From the NCBI GenBank assembly GCA_964016885.1, contig OZ024740.1, positions 427,242,001 to 427,306,000 on the forward strand: a stretch of DNA of 64,000 nt. Reading direction: 5' to 3'. The stretch comes from Eledone cirrhosa. Its lineage: Eukaryota. The translations under genes were made by a program, and so were the position numbers. Under the pieces are notes generated by a model. That model searched no databases and was not told where the DNA came from. It saw nothing but the letters and a program-made list of their open reading frames with translations. Shown in pieces: positions 1 through 13,269 of the stretch. Positions within the stretch are counted from its first letter, which is position 1. Each line of letters opens with the position of its first letter.

Positions 1-133
1 AAAATGTGGAATTTAGATATTTATATTAATTGTTTGACATAACCCCGGGACTAACAGAGGTTTCAAGATGTCGAAATACTCGTGTCCGTTTTGCAAAGGA
101 GAAAAAAGAATTAATGGTTTCTATATGTATATG

Positions 134-217
<84 letters not shown>

Positions 218-224
218 TATATAA

Positions 225-280
<56 letters not shown>

Positions 281-292
281 ATTATTATTATT

Positions 293-3200
293 CCTTGAAT
301 CTCAGTCATTGATGTTAGTTAACTGGAAAGTCCGTTGGAATGAATATCAACCCACTACCTGCAGCCTCAGATATTCAGGACGTATCGGAGGGTTCTTGCT
401 GTTCCCAGCAAGCATGTCTTTTGAAGCGTTCCAAAAAGCGTGAAGGGGCCGATTTTCTTTAACCATCCCTGGAAACTTTTGGAGATAGTCTCCAGTGCGC
501 CTATGACAATCGGGATCACTTTGACTTCATGGCAGTTCCAAATCCTTTTTACCTCCCACTTTAAGTCCTGGTATCGGTTAATTTTCTCCCTCTCCTTCTC
601 TTGCACTCTCGTGTCGAATGGGCAGGCCACATCCACAATCAGACACGATCTTTTTTCTTTTTCCACAACCACCAGGTCAAGTCTATTGTGTTCCAATTTC
701 TTGTCCGTCTGTATCCTAAAATCCCACAGCACCTTCACCTGATCGTTCTCCATCACCGCCTCTGGCTTATGCTCATACCATTTCTCAGAATGTGGTAAAT
801 TGTTTACTTTGCACAGGTGCCAGTGGATCACCCTGCCCATCACATCATGTCTCCAGCCTTTATAGTGGGTCTGGGCTAGGTGTTTACACTCAGATACAAT
901 GTGAGCCACAGTCTCCTCTCTCTCTCCACAGATCCTGCACAGTGGGCTAGCCTCCTCCTTGTAAATATGTTGTTTCAACCACTTCCGTTTGAGGGCCTGC
1001 TCCTGCGCAGCCATTAACATTCCTTCTAGCCTTTTTAAGGTCTCCTCTTCTCAACCAGTTCCATGTCTGTGGATCTCTAAATTCAGTTTTCTCAAAGAAG
1101 GTACTATGAAGGGATTTTTCCTGAAGGCTGCTCTTTCTCCTTGATGTTATTTCCTCCTTGGACATCCCCTGGCCTATTGTCCCCTCCTTCAGTACAGTTC
1201 TGAGCATTGGCTCCTTACTATCAGTCACGTATTTGTGTAGGTTGTTTTTCTCCATCTGAACACAGTCCTCTATGCTGATAAGACCTCTTCCCCCCTCAGA
1301 TCTCCTTAGGTAGAGTCTATCGACATCACTCCTCTTGTGGAACATGTTGTAGATAGTCAATAGCTTCCTAGTCTTCCTATGCATTTCTTTTTGTTCAGCA
1401 ACATTCCATCTCAGAATTCCCGTACTGTACCTAATAATAGACACAGCTCGGGAATTTACTGCGCTTATGGCATTTCTGCTGTTCAGATATGACTTCAATA
1501 CGCTCCTTATTCTCCGAATGTATTCAGTTCTTAACAATTCCTTCATTTTTTTGTTCTTTATGCCATCAGCCTCCAGAACGCTCAAATACTTATATCCTTC
1601 CTCAGAGTCAATTTCCTTTATCATCTCACCTGTTGGTATCTGGATTCCGTTACTTCTGCTCAACCTACCCCTCCTCATCACAATGACTCCACACTTATTA
1701 ATACCAAACTGCATACATATATCACTGCTGAAAATGCGGACAGTGTCAACAAGCACATCCAACTCCTTCTCACTCTTCCCGAAGAGCTTAAGATCGTCCA
1801 TGAAGAGGAGGTGATTGATGGTAAGCCCTCCCTTTCCCAACTTGTATCCTGCTCTCACTTTTCGCAGTACACTGGTCAGGGGCATCAGGGCAAGGACAAA
1901 CAACAGAGGGGACAGGCTATCTCCCTGGAAGATACCTCTCTTGATCTTCACGCTTCCCAAGGATTCTCCAGTTGATGTCAACTCTGTTTCCCAGGACCTC
2001 ATACTCTTGCCCAACAACTGTCTGATGTTATCTGCCACCTTGAAGATCTCCAGGCTTTTGGTGATCCAAGAATGAGGCACCATGTCAAATGCCTTTCTGT
2101 TGTCTATCCATCCCATGGCAAGATCAGTGTGTCTCCTCCTGCAATTCCCCATTGCCATCTTATCAATAAGTAACTGGTCCTTTGTACCACGTGACTTCTT
2201 TCGGCATCCTTTCTGTTCGTCCGGTAACAAGTTGTTTGTGTGGAGGTGATGGTAGATTTCCTCAGACACAATGCTCGTCAACAGTTTCCACATTACGGAC
2301 AGACATGTGATAGGTCTATAGTTGGTAACATCATTACCCTTGATTCGGTCTTTCATTATCAGAACTGTGGTACCTTTTTTCAACCACTCTGGTACCTCAC
2401 CTGACATCAAGCAGTCATTGAACATGGTTGTCAGTTTCGGGTGGAGGGATGTTATATTTTTAATCCAATACCCCTGCACACCATCTGGGCCTGGTGATTT
2501 CCAGTTGGTTAGTTTTTTGGCCTGCCCCTTAAGAGTTTCAACTGTGATACTCAAATCAGTTTGTTGGTGTGCCTGCTCACCGATCTCCCTCTGTACTGTC
2601 TCAATCCACACTGCCTGGTCATTATGTCTAACATCCTGCTCCCATATTCCTCTCCAGAATGTTTTAGTTTGTTCCGCCTCAGGGATCAAGTCGTTGCCTC
2701 TTTCTTTCCCCTCAAGCTGTCCAAACAGCATCTTCTGGTTGTTGTCGAACATGCGGTTCTATTTATACTGACTGACTCTGTTCTTGTATCGCCTGATTTT
2801 TGCACTCTTTGCTACAATGCGTTGCTTCAGTTCCTCTATGATAATATTTAGCTTTTTCCTCCTAGTTTTGTACTTTATTTCCAGTCTATTTTTACTGCCT
2901 ATGTTTTTTAGTGTCCCATTCAGTAGTGACTCAAGCTTTCCAATGTCATTTCTCATTTCCCTGATTTGACCACTCAGTCGTTTCTTCCACCAAGGCTCCG
3001 CTCTTTCTTGTCTGTTGTTTCCTCTCGCTTTTATACCAAGTAGTTTCCTCACCGTATTTGCTGTTGCTTTGAGGATATTGTTGCACTGGTGAAGGCTCCT
3101 CGCCTCAAGGTATGGGATGACTTTGTTTACCTTAGCTGTTGTTTCTTTTAACTTTTTCCTGTCTACAAATCTTAGGTTCATAGGTCTCCCACTATCATTG

Positions 3201-4076
3201 TTCAATTCATCTACCACTAAATTTAGGATGTCAACCGAATCTTGTCCTAGCCCGTCAGCATTCATCTCCTCAGTGGCCGTATCTCTGTTCCAGGTATTAT
3301 TTATTTCAGTATTCAGATCATTGTCTGCTTCGAGTGGTTCCTCCGTTCTCTCGACTTCTCCACCTTTATTTCCCACTGGCTCTTTGGCCTGGCATACTCC
3401 ACCCTCCATCTCCAAGCTAATCTCTCTGCTCAGTTCCTCCAGTTCCAGCTCGCTTATCCACCCATTAGTTCTTATTACCCGAGCCTGCCCGGCCAATTTT
3501 TGTTCATCTAATTTAAATAGACCAATCTCGTTCCAGATGTTATGCATCCGTCTCCTATAGCCCCTCTCCTTGGGGTTACTTTTCAGGTAACATTGCATAA
3601 CAGTTCTATTCAATTCTTTCGTCCAGTTGGTTCTGGTCCCTTTCCTTCTTCTTCTTCCTCCGACACCAGCAGTATTTGGTTGACAGCCAGGTTCCTGCTG
3701 CTGAGCCAGGGGGCACCTGTTGGGTGAGAGTCTGTCACATGACGTTCTAGTCTCCATTTCACCGTTATTCGAACTGTTTAGGTTCGATATTTAAACACTC
3801 TTATCGAGGATTGGCGAATGTATGGTTACATAACCATATGTGGATTCACCGTCTCAGGTGGTTGCGCCGCTCCACTTGGCTCTTGTGTGGCATTATCACC
3901 ACGCTGTAGACGAACACAAATAAACAAACAAACAGGCAGAAAAAACCCCAAAAATAAATAAGCAGAAGTTTCATTGTAATGTAGTGTTCGAATGTCTGAC
4001 TTAGTTTTTCCCTTCTCTTCTCTGTCCGTCCGCTTGTTTCTCTCTTCATTCTTATTTTCTTTACGTTTTTTTTAAA

Positions 4077-4087
<11 letters not shown>
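293..4087 (-). mobile_element. R4/Dong-clade non-LTR retrotransposon (RT + RLE), near full length
   Basis: Single long ORF with RT, CCHC finger and restriction-like endonuclease; short 3' UTR ends in (AAT)n at 275-292; 5' end abuts the (ATT)n tract at 4088-4132. Dong elements are known to target (TAA)n. Confidence 0.9.
367..3757 (-). pseudogene. RT-RLE polyprotein (~1130 aa) with one nonsense codon and one frameshift
   Basis: ORFs 2759..3757 and 947..2752 share a frame, split by TAG at 2759-2761; frameshift near 1030 into 367..1020. Motifs: SPGPDG, NYRPITCL, KAFD, GIFQGDSLSP, LFMDD, CRIC..E..H..C, RHD, (P/L)D..D RLE core. Confidence 0.92.
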
Positions 4088-4107
<20 letters not shown>

Positions 4108-4132
4108 CATTATTATTATTATTATTATTATT
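4088..4132. repeat. (ATT)n microsatellite between the 5' ends of two LINEs
   Basis: attattatt... tract with one ATC variant, directly joining both elements. Confidence 0.95.
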
Positions 4133-4432
4133 GAATGCTATGGTTGACGGAGGCTCGGCTCTGTAAGGTATTGTAAATTTTGAACGCTATAACAATTGTA
4201 AATTGTTTAAAACTTTAACGAACTTGTAGACAAAAACACCCTCCTCCTCGTGAGAGGGGTCTTTCTGCCCGTTATTTGGCCCTTCGGGGTTAAATAACTG
4301 CTTATTGGGGTTTTGTGCCCAATATTTATTTTAAACAAAAAAAACAACATGGCTACGAAATAGAAGTTTGATAGGTCACTCCCACTCATTCCGTCTTCTT
4401 CTTCCTCAATCATCACTACAGCAGAGAGAAGA

Positions 4433-6265
4433 TTGTCTCTCTCCCTCCCTTCTTTAAATGTGTCTCTCTCCCTCCCTTCTCTTTCGCAAGCGACGACAGA
4501 AAAGAAAAGTCTCGTGCAAAGCGTGCAAGATTTCTCCACGACGACGACGACAACGACGAAACAGGTGTGCGGGAAATACGAAAACCCATTTCATTCGTCT
4601 GACGTCAGGAATATTAGCAGTAACAGCCGTAATAACAACAGCAACAGTGACAATGAAAACAACAGTAGCAGCCGCAACAGCATCACCAGCAGCATAAACA
4701 ACAACAGCATTAGCAGCAGCAACACCAACAACAACCACAGCAACAGCGGCGGAGGCAGTAGTCGTAGTACCTGCAGCAACAACAAAAGTAACAGCAGCTC
4801 TGACGACGACAACAACAACAACAGCAGCAAAGAAAAACCAATCTCATTTGCAGGTATTGCGAAGAACCTGGAAACAATCCTTATAACAAATGAGGAAATA
4901 GAGGAAGCGAAGAAGATGGTGACAAAGACTGGACACCGAGCAATCTGCAAGGCAGCGGAAAAATTTTTCGAAACCCAACAGCACTGTACGGTCACGTACC
5001 GTACAGTAAGTACAAAATCCCGTAGGGTGGAAAGAGCCACAGAGGCTCAAATACAAAAAGCCTTGGGGTCTGTGTGGCAGCAGAAAACGCATATCACCCG
5101 AGGCAAAAAATATGCCACCGTAGACGTACTTTTTGCCATACCCCAGGAGGCAAAGGCTCAATCCGTAGTGACCCTAAGGAGCGAGGAAATGGTGTTGGTG
5201 CCCTCCTACTGCGGGCAAAAAATTGTTGGTGCCCTCCTACTGCGGGCAAAAAATTGTGAGGACAAAACAACTGTACTGCAAGTACAGAAAAAAGTAAGAG
5301 AAGATTGGGTCGGCACCTCCATTGAGATGCTAATCCAAACCAACCAGGAGTGCATCGAAGCTATCCCGGATGTGATAGACTTCGATAACGGCACTCAACT
5401 GCCCATAAGTGTTGAGGGCAAACGCCCGAAATGCTTTCGCTGTGGATCGAAAACTCACCTCAGGGCCTTCTGCAACGAGAAGACCCTGAGAAAGGAGAAA
5501 ATCCCCCTCCTTCCGAAACCGGCTCCACGGCTACCAGCAAGAGGACAAGCGGCAACCAGGAACGATAGGTCCGTGGCACCCATACCCACGCCACGGAAAT
5601 CAAAAACAGCAGCAGCAGTGGAAATATTAACAACAACAACAGCAATACCAAATGCAGCTGCAACAGAGACTCCAGTGCAAACATCACCAACATCAACAAG
5701 TGAAAGAGTGGAGCTGGTACCCCTCCCCGACCTCACAGAATCAGACATGGAGTGTGAGGTGGGAGAGGGATTACAAAAGGTCGTAAGAAGGCACAAACGC
5801 AGAAGCAGCACATCGTCGCCTTTGAAAAGGGAGGAAATAAATGAGAAAAGGGTAAAGACTACTGCAAAGAGACTCACAGCAGCAACACCACCAACACCAT
5901 CACCACCCACACTAGCACCACCATCACCACCGGCGACAATCCCACCGCCAACAACACCTACAACACCACCACCACAAGCACCAACATCGCAAACACAACA
6001 ACAAAACACACACACCCAGCAACAACGACAAGAAAATAGCAGAACCACACCCCACCCCCAGAAAAACAAATACACGGCAATAAATACACACAACAAGGAA
6101 CTAATGACTTACATAATTGAACACACAGACATTTCACAACACGACTACATAATACCAGCACCAATCAAAACGCCAACTAACATAAGACTGCTAAAAATAG
6201 CACAGAACAATACACAAACATTAAAACGAAATTCCCCAACGCAGTTGGTGATTTCAGGGACCTAG
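4433..6265 (+). CDS. Tx1-like ORF1 nucleic-acid-binding protein
   Basis: 610-codon open frame upstream of ORF2; CCHC knuckle CFRCGSKTHLRAFC preceded by VEGKRP; N/S-rich and P/T/Q-rich low-complexity segments. True start codon uncertain. Confidence 0.8.
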   Translation: MSLSLPSLNVSLSLPSLSQATTEKKSLVQSVQDFSTTTTTTTKQVCGKYENPFHSSDVRNISSNSRNNNSNSDNENNSSSRNSITSSINNNSISSSNTNNNHSNSGGGSSRSTCSNNKSNSSSDDDNNNNSSKEKPISFAGIAKNLETILITNEEIEEAKKMVTKTGHRAICKAAEKFFETQQHCTVTYRTVSTKSRRVERATEAQIQKALGSVWQQKTHITRGKKYATVDVLFAIPQEAKAQSVVTLRSEEMVLVPSYCGQKIVGALLLRAKNCEDKTTVLQVQKKVREDWVGTSIEMLIQTNQECIEAIPDVIDFDNGTQLPISVEGKRPKCFRCGSKTHLRAFCNEKTLRKEKIPLLPKPAPRLPARGQAATRNDRSVAPIPTPRKSKTAAAVEILTTTTAIPNAAATETPVQTSPTSTSERVELVPLPDLTESDMECEVGEGLQKVVRRHKRRSSTSSPLKREEINEKRVKTTAKRLTAATPPTPSPPTLAPPSPPATIPPPTTPTTPPPQAPTSQTQQQNTHTQQQRQENSRTTPHPQKNKYTAINTHNKELMTYIIEHTDISQHDYIIPAPIKTPTNIRLLKIAQNNTQTLKRNSPTQLVISGT

Positions 6266-6446
6266 GAGGAACTATCAATCGAAGAGTATATTCAGACATA
6301 CTCATAGAAGAGCCGACGACCAGCCGAAGGGACGATTCAACGGTCCCTTCACCAGACGATCAAGTGAAAAGGAATGTAAAAACCATCCCTCCTCTACGAA
6401 AAGTACGGTAAGTGGTCTTTCCCATCTTTTCCACTCTATTTTAAAC

Positions 6447-9400
6447 ATGACCTTGCTCAGAATAGGCAGCATAAATGCGCGTGGCTTGGGGTCGTCATGG
6501 AAGCAGGGTCACCTGCTCAACGACCTCAGGTCACTAAACATAGATGTAGTGGCCATCAGCGAGACCAGAATCTCTGAAGCACGGGCCTTCGCACCGATCT
6601 TCGGCGGCTACGATGTGTACGCATCTCCCAGCCGTCCTGAATCGGGGGGAGGAGTTGCTGTGCTTTTTCGGAGAGGTTTGGATCTCGCCATACGGGCCAT
6701 CTTCCTGGACCCAGAGGGTAAGCTGGTGGTGCTGGACGTGACCAGCGGAGACGGGCAAACTTTCAGGCTAGTGGCCGTCTATGCCCCGACAGGAGCAGGG
6801 CGGCCTGATTTCTTCCGGCGTCTGGAGACATTTCTTGGAACGTCCCGCTCTTTAGTGTTAGTGGGCGACTGGAACGGGATCTTAGATGCACGCTGGGACT
6901 GTGTGGGATTAGCGGATAGGGGTGGAGGGTGCAAGAGCCTCAGCAACCTGCTCAGGCGTTTTGAACTGTCTGATAGGTACCGATTGGATTTCCCGAATGT
7001 GCCAATGTGGACTTGGACAAATCGCATAGGGTCATCCAGATCATATCTAGATAGACTATTTTGTAGGGAAATAGATAGGTCTAGCATAGGCTGTCCACAA
7101 TTCAAGATAGTCAGCTACACGGAACACAAATTCGTGATCTGTGTGCTTGACTTAGATAGCCTTCATAGACGAGGACCTGGCTACTGGAAGCTAAACGCGT
7201 CCTTACCAGCGCACAAGGCCTACAGAGACCGGATTAGCGAACTAGTTAAGCGGGCGTTGACGGGGGCCATCGTCAACAACAAGAATAGAATCGATTAGGT
7301 TTAGTAAGGCTTTAGCAATAGAGAAAAATAGAGCAGAGGGAGAACTAGTTAGAAAATTAGACGAGGCGCTTAGCAAAGGCATTGCGACCGACGTGCTTGC
7401 GGCGAAATTGGCCCTTGACGAATTCTTCAATGCAAAGCACGAAGGCTGCGTTGTCAGAGCAAGGGTGCGTGCTCTCAGACACGAGGGGACGAAAGCCGTT
7501 CAATGGGCCCGAGTGGTGGAGGCGCGTCGTGGCAACAAAGCCACGATCCGGTCTTTGGTGGACCACGACGGGCGCATGCTACTCGATCCCGGGCAAATGT
7601 GTGAAGCTTTTCAGCGACACTTCGCTCAGCTGTTCGGGGGCAGTGGTGGGCCGGGTCGAGGGATGGACTTTAGTGTCTACCTCGACGGACTGCCGCGGCT
7701 CTTGGCCACTGAGGCGAAGTGTTGCGAAAAGCCGATAACAGCCGCTGAAGTAAGGGAGGCAATGACTGGCTTCACAAGGGGTAAATCGCCTGGTTTGGAT
7801 GGTCTGCCCTATGAACTTTACGTACAGATGCCAGACTTGTTCGGAGGCCTCTTGGCGGACGTCTACTGCAACTGGCAACAGAACGGGAGAATTCCCAGTT
7901 CTGTGAGCCGAGGAGCGGTGGCACTGCTGAGAAAGGATCCGAACAAGGGGGATAACATAGATAATTTCCGGCCCATAACTCTGCTAAACACAGAGTTCTA
8001 GATTTTGGCCAAGGTGCTAGCAAAGAGGTTGGCGCTTGTCGTTGGTGGTCTGGTGGGAGAGGCGCAGACATGCGCCATTCCCGACAGATCCATCCACGAC
8101 AACCTCCACCTCATGCGATACATCGTAGAGAGGGTTGCTAGGGAACCTGGCACGGGTTGTTCCTTGATCAATTTAGATCAGTCGAAAGCTTTCGATAGGG
8201 TCGACCATCGTTACCTAGCGGCAGTCCTGAGGGCGGCTGGCTTTGGGCCCGTCTTCAGAGGCTGGATCGCTGCCATGCACAGCGACATCTGCTCTGTGGT
8301 GAGAGTGAACGGTCACCTGTCGGAACCGTTCAACTTCATGCGCTCGGTCCGCCAAGGATGTCCCCTCTCGTCCCTCTTGTACGTATTGACTCTCGAGCCA
8401 TTACTGCACAAACTGGAGACGTTGAGGGGCGTCCCGCGCGAACTAGGATGCGGAAGATCCGTGTCAGCATATGCGGACGATGTCACCGTAATGGTGTCGA
8501 ACGCCAAACACATCGAGGCGATCGGCACTACACTAAGAGAATACGAAGCGGTGACAATAGCAATGATCAACCAGGAAAAGTCAGTGGGCCTGCAGCTCGG
8601 CACCTGGAGAGGCAGGTCCATGCCGTCCAACAGCGTCGTCGGACGCTGGACGGACGGACCGGTTAAATTGCTAGGGGTCTGGTTCGATCCGGACCTCCAG
8701 ACGGACAAAAACTGGGACGAGGTGACGAGCAGGGTTGCTTCTCTCACCCAGAAATGGGCGGAGAGGAAGCTGTCCCTGAAAGATCGAGCGGAGGTGGCTA
8801 ACGCGTACATCGCGTCTGTCATCTGCTACCGCCTGACCGTCGTACCTTGTCCCAAGCCTCGCCTGACTGCGCTGGAGCGTTTGCTCTTTCGCTTTTTGTG
8901 GAAGGGACGCGCTCCGATGGTCAGGCGGTCCATCTGTTGTCAACACCCGTTACGTGAAGGGCTGGGCATGCCGTGGCTGATGATGCGCAGGCACGCGCTC
9001 AGGCTACGACATCTCCACCTCTTCCTCGACGGTGATCAGGTGTGGTCGCCGTTTGCTAGACACGTATTTCCCCAGCTCGTTTCCTTGACGGAGCTGCAGT
9101 CCTGGGTCAAGCGAAGACCGAGAGGGAGCGCCTGGAGACTGGAATGTCTTCAGGCGCTCACAGCCCTCGACCAATCGGGCAACGTGATCGGTGGAAACTC
9201 CACCTCGGCGTTCTATAGAGGATTAGTGGAGGGGAAGAGCGACGACGTACTTGGGGAAACTCTAGGCGTCGACGAAAATCAACTAGCCAATCTCTTCGGA
9301 AGAACTTTCGGGCCAGGGCCTATGGACAACTTCCAGAAATCTCTGGCCTGGCAGTGCTACCGAGGAGCCTTGCCAGTTCGGGATAAACTCTACAGGCATG

Positions 9401-9837
9401 GAGGTGCCGTCAGCCGGGCATGTCCGAGTTGCGCGCAGGGCGACGAAACCGTCCTGCACGTACTCGTCCAGTGTCCGAAAATTGCTGACTTGTGGGTTTA
9501 TGTCGAACACCTGCTGTCGCGTTTAGGACGGATCCGGCTATCATCTGAGTCCATCGTGAGGATTGCCCCGCCCTCCTCCTTTAGCCGGGAAGGGCAGGCA
9601 GTTTTTATCTGTCTGGTGGCCATGGCGAAAGAGATAGTATGGTGGACACGTTTGAAAGAGCTGAAGACGAGCATTTACCTCTTCGGTGATGCTCTGATTG
9701 ACTTTTTCAAATTTTATTTGAAAAGGAAAATCAGAGTAGAGAGGGAAGTGCTCTCTTCCCAGCATTTTGTTGAAAGATGGGTGAGAGAAGCAAGAATGGC
9801 CCGAGTGAATGGGCCTACTCTGAGTATATATCTGTAA
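6447..9837 (+). pseudogene. Tx1-like ORF2 (APE endonuclease + RT + CCHC), disrupted
   Basis: APE motifs SINARGL, SET, VYAP, GDWN, YLD; RT motifs SPGLDG, FRPITLLN, KAFD, QGCPLS, YADD; CPSC..ETVLHVLVQC. Frameshift near 7280-7300 and in-frame TAG at 7999-8001. Confidence 0.92.
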
Positions 9838-10085
9838 ATTAAAGGTGGAAAACTGGGAGAGGGCACTTGCCTTGGTGGTCAGGGTCATTGTGGCCTTTTA
9901 CTGGGCTTTCTCCACAAATGTCCCTCCGAAGTCTCCCCCCTATTGGGGAATTTTTCATTGTTATTTTTTGTTACATCCTCTGTTTTTGTTTTTTACACGC
10001 AGAAATGCCCATTTGTACCGTCCTGTATTGTCCTGCACTGTCCTTAATGTCTACTTTATGTAAACCCTTGTGGTTAATAAAGAAA

Positions 10086-10124
<39 letters not shown>

Positions 10125-10688
10125 GTGTGCATCTGTATATATATATGTGTGTGTGTGTATGTGTGTGTGTATGCGTGTGTGTGTGTGTAATCAGATCATT
10201 CCAGAATTCCAGACATACGTGAACCATTAGCCTAATTATTATGGAGATTCAATGTGACACAGTCTGTGATAATACTGATTCTTTGAATTATGAGGTAATA
10301 TTCATTTCGTTTAGCCCCGCCATGAATCCAATCAATGACTGTCCGAGCATGAGTCAACCACTTCTAAGACAAGAGAATCAAAATGAAGCTGGAACATGAT
10401 TCAACTGAAGTTTAATAATTAGGAGATCTGAAAGATATTATATAACGTTTCGGGAAATGCCCTTCTTTAATCACTAGAGAATAAAAGGAAAAATGTTGGA
10501 AATCAAAGATGCGAAAACGTTTATATATATATATATATATACATATATATATTAGAAAGTGAGGTTTTTTTTACAAAATGAGAAATAACCGAGGTGTCCT
10601 ACACGAGTGAAAGTATAAAGAACAAAAGATGAAATCGAAAATGCAACTGGAGTCTTATTTTAAAAAAATATATATAATTATTTGGTTC

Positions 10689-10724
10689 CTTTACCGGTTA
10701 CGCAGTTCTTCTGCTTTTCAAAAG
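10689..10724 (-). ncRNA. degenerate hammerhead ribozyme (U3/A8 core; GAAA mutated to GUAA)
   Basis: Minus strand cuu UUGAAAA GCAG aagaa CUGC GUAA CCGG UA aag, in a short island between (TA)n runs. Confidence 0.5.
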
Positions 10725-11004
10725 TAGAGTTGAGATGGAGGGTCTGTGGTGTTTCTCACATATATATATATTAACAAATTTCAACCCGATGAAGCAGATT
10801 TGGAAAATAAATAAATAACGGATATGAAAGAGGAACAGTTGCTAGAAGTGAAAACGACGTAGCTGACTATATTTACATTTCGATATTTAGTGTAGTGTTT
10901 AACAGACTTTCTACTTATTCGTGAGATACCACTCTCGATTCCTCGCAGGAAATGCCAACCATGCATTGGGATGCATGCATTTAACCATTATATATATATA
11001 TAAA

Positions 11005-11191
11005 GGGCGGTGGATTGGCAGTATCGGTAGAGGCTCCGACGCCATGCTTTGACGCAAAGAGTTACGGCCATTGCCATTCTGAGTTCAAATCCCGCCAAGG
11101 TTAACTTTGCCTTGCATCCTTATGGGGTCGATAAAAATAAAGTACCAGTAATGCACTGGGTAATTGCTGGCCTTGTGCCAAAAGTAGAAAC

Positions 11192-11195
<4 letters not shown>
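11005..11195 (+). mobile_element. tRNA-derived SINE family A
   Basis: GGGCGGTGGATTGGCAGTATCGGTAGA head, GTTCAAATCCC B box, body CTTTGCCTTTCATCC..GGGGTCGATAAAA, tail GAAACAATTAT; many copies in the window. Confidence 0.9.
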
Positions 11196-11254
<59 letters not shown>

Positions 11255-11255
<1 letters not shown>

Positions 11256-11846
11256 TAGCTGATGTACTCAGCTGCGCCCAGATAAACAGATAATAAAAGA
11301 AGACAGGCAGAAGAGAAATGACTGTTTTGGATGTTTGTCTGGTTTACAGTATGAGGCGTGACCGTGGTGTGCGTGTGGCACAAAAAAATATAACAAAAAA
11401 AAAAAAAAATATTCCAGATACACCAGATTCTTCGTTTTATCATTCGTGCATAGTATATGAAAATTTCTAGGTGTTTCCACTCCTGAACAACCTACATATA
11501 ACTCTTCATGGGTAAAAAGTGATTCTCTTGTATTCAATTCTACAACTTTGAAACTCTGAGCCTGAGGTTTATGTACGGTTATAGCAAAACTGGCTCTAAC
11601 AGAGAACTGAAGTCTTGAGAATTTGAACGGCAGCTCGGTAGAGGAAGGGATAAGAGGAATGTTGGGAATAAATACATTTTCTCCTTGATGATTGCCTCCA
11701 AGAATAGTGATATCTAGGATAAGTTTCATCATCCGCCTGACTGTAAAAGTTGTGCCATTCCAAAGTAGCGGGTCCACGTTTCTCAAAAGGATGATGGAAG
11801 TTCCAATATTTTTTATTATATATAAATATAGATATATAAATATAGA
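11255..11846 (-). mobile_element. Non-autonomous Helitron carrying a PIF1 helicase C-terminal remnant
   Basis: ORF 11268..11786 matches decayed RepHel motifs (NGT, LPFKFSRLQF.VR..FAIT.HK.Q.QS, F.H..LYV.CS); 3' terminus CTAG|T at 11258-11255; TC-starting AT-rich 5' end. Confidence 0.85.
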
Positions 11847-11903
11847 TAACTGTATATAAATGTGTGTGTGTGTTTGTGTTTGTGAGTGTGTGCATGTGCA
11901 CGC

Positions 11904-11980
<77 letters not shown>

Positions 11981-13228
11981 TGTGTGTGTGTGTGAACCAG
12001 CGTCCGAATCGTGTTTAATTCTCTGTGTATCTGATTAAGTATTTACGTGAAGATGTGTGTGTATATAACTTACTAAGGCGTAACAAACGCGCAAACACTC
12101 ACCGACACATACACACTCATATACAAAATGTGACGTCCTCGTCGTTTTATATAATATCCGTTTATAGTTGTCTATAGTAGAATCTTTTAGATAAAGTGTC
12201 ATATTGTTTTAATTCAGATGAAAACAAAATGATATGTTGACACCTCCGGGGTTGTATACTATTACCTTGTAAAATTTCATTTGATTGGGTCGAGCCGTTT
12301 TAGAATGAATAAAGAATAGACAGACAGCTAGACAGAGACAAATAATTATATATATAGATAGATAAATCAAGATGAATCCAGTAAAAAACTGGTTAGACCA
12401 TTTCTCATCAGAGTACTCGATACTGGGTGTAGTAGAGTACTATTATGTGAAAGAGACGGGACCCAGACTATATATATTAAATGTAAAAGTGTATTGCCTC
12501 TGATCGAGAGGAAGTGAGTGTATTTGAATACGTATGAAAATTAGAAAACTCATCTTTAGAAAGAATGAAAGGGGTATAAAAAAGAATTATTTTTCTGTTG
12601 CACGATCCAGTTTTTTAAAACGATACACTCAATTATATCATGCGAAACTATTTTACTGTTTTGAGAGCTGATGTAGATGAAGATATGTGTATGAACTTGT
12701 CTTGTACATAACCTTTCTTTATATCCTTCTTCTAGTCACTTCTGTGCGCCGACATTCCTCCTTATCCTCCTCTTTCAATCTTTTCTATATTCCGTCTGTC
12801 TGTCACCCACCTTGTGTTCTTTTGATGACCACTGGCCACACGTCTCTGTCCTCTGTCACATATTTTCCCTTCGCTGACTTTCACAGAATTTGGCATTTTT
12901 AACGGCAGTTCTAGTGATACGTGTTCTCATTTTATATGTGCACATATATATATATATATAAATGGAAAAAAATGAAACGAAATTTCATTTCTCACTCTTA
13001 GTACGGCTGTTACTTAAATATAAGTATGTATACGTACATACATATATGTATACACACGTACAGTAGTATGTATATATATATACATACATGCACACATATA
13101 TATATGTACGTATGGATTTACCGAGCATTTATTATAATGCTCGGTTTGTTTGTAAACAAACATCCCGAATTAAGCCGTACAGTGTTTAGCAACCATCGTT
13201 GCGCTTTTGTTCAACACTGACAAAGGAA

Positions 13229-13269
13229 CGCTGTACTAGTTTCAAGCTTATTAGCTATCGTCAGCACCG
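13229..13269 (-). ncRNA. type I hammerhead ribozyme (inverted copy)
   Basis: Reverse complement of 13701-13741 with one stem I change. Confidence 0.75.

Larger units (their letters stand above)
4133..10116 (+). mobile_element. Tx1-clade (L1 group) non-LTR retrotransposon, near full length
   Basis: 5' UTR, ORF1 with zinc knuckle, ORF2 APE-RT-CCHC, 3' UTR ending AATAAAGAAATC followed by (ATT)n at 10088-10116; (ATT)n also lies immediately upstream. Confidence 0.9.

Noticed and set aside
3790-3910. HDV-like ribozyme in the R4/Dong 5' UTR
   Set aside because: Short hairpins are present, but I could not assign the full nested double pseudoknot by eye.
11005-11095. SINE heads as functional tRNA genes
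   Set aside because: A/B boxes are present, but each continues into a shared SINE body with TSDs and no intact cloverleaf is evident.
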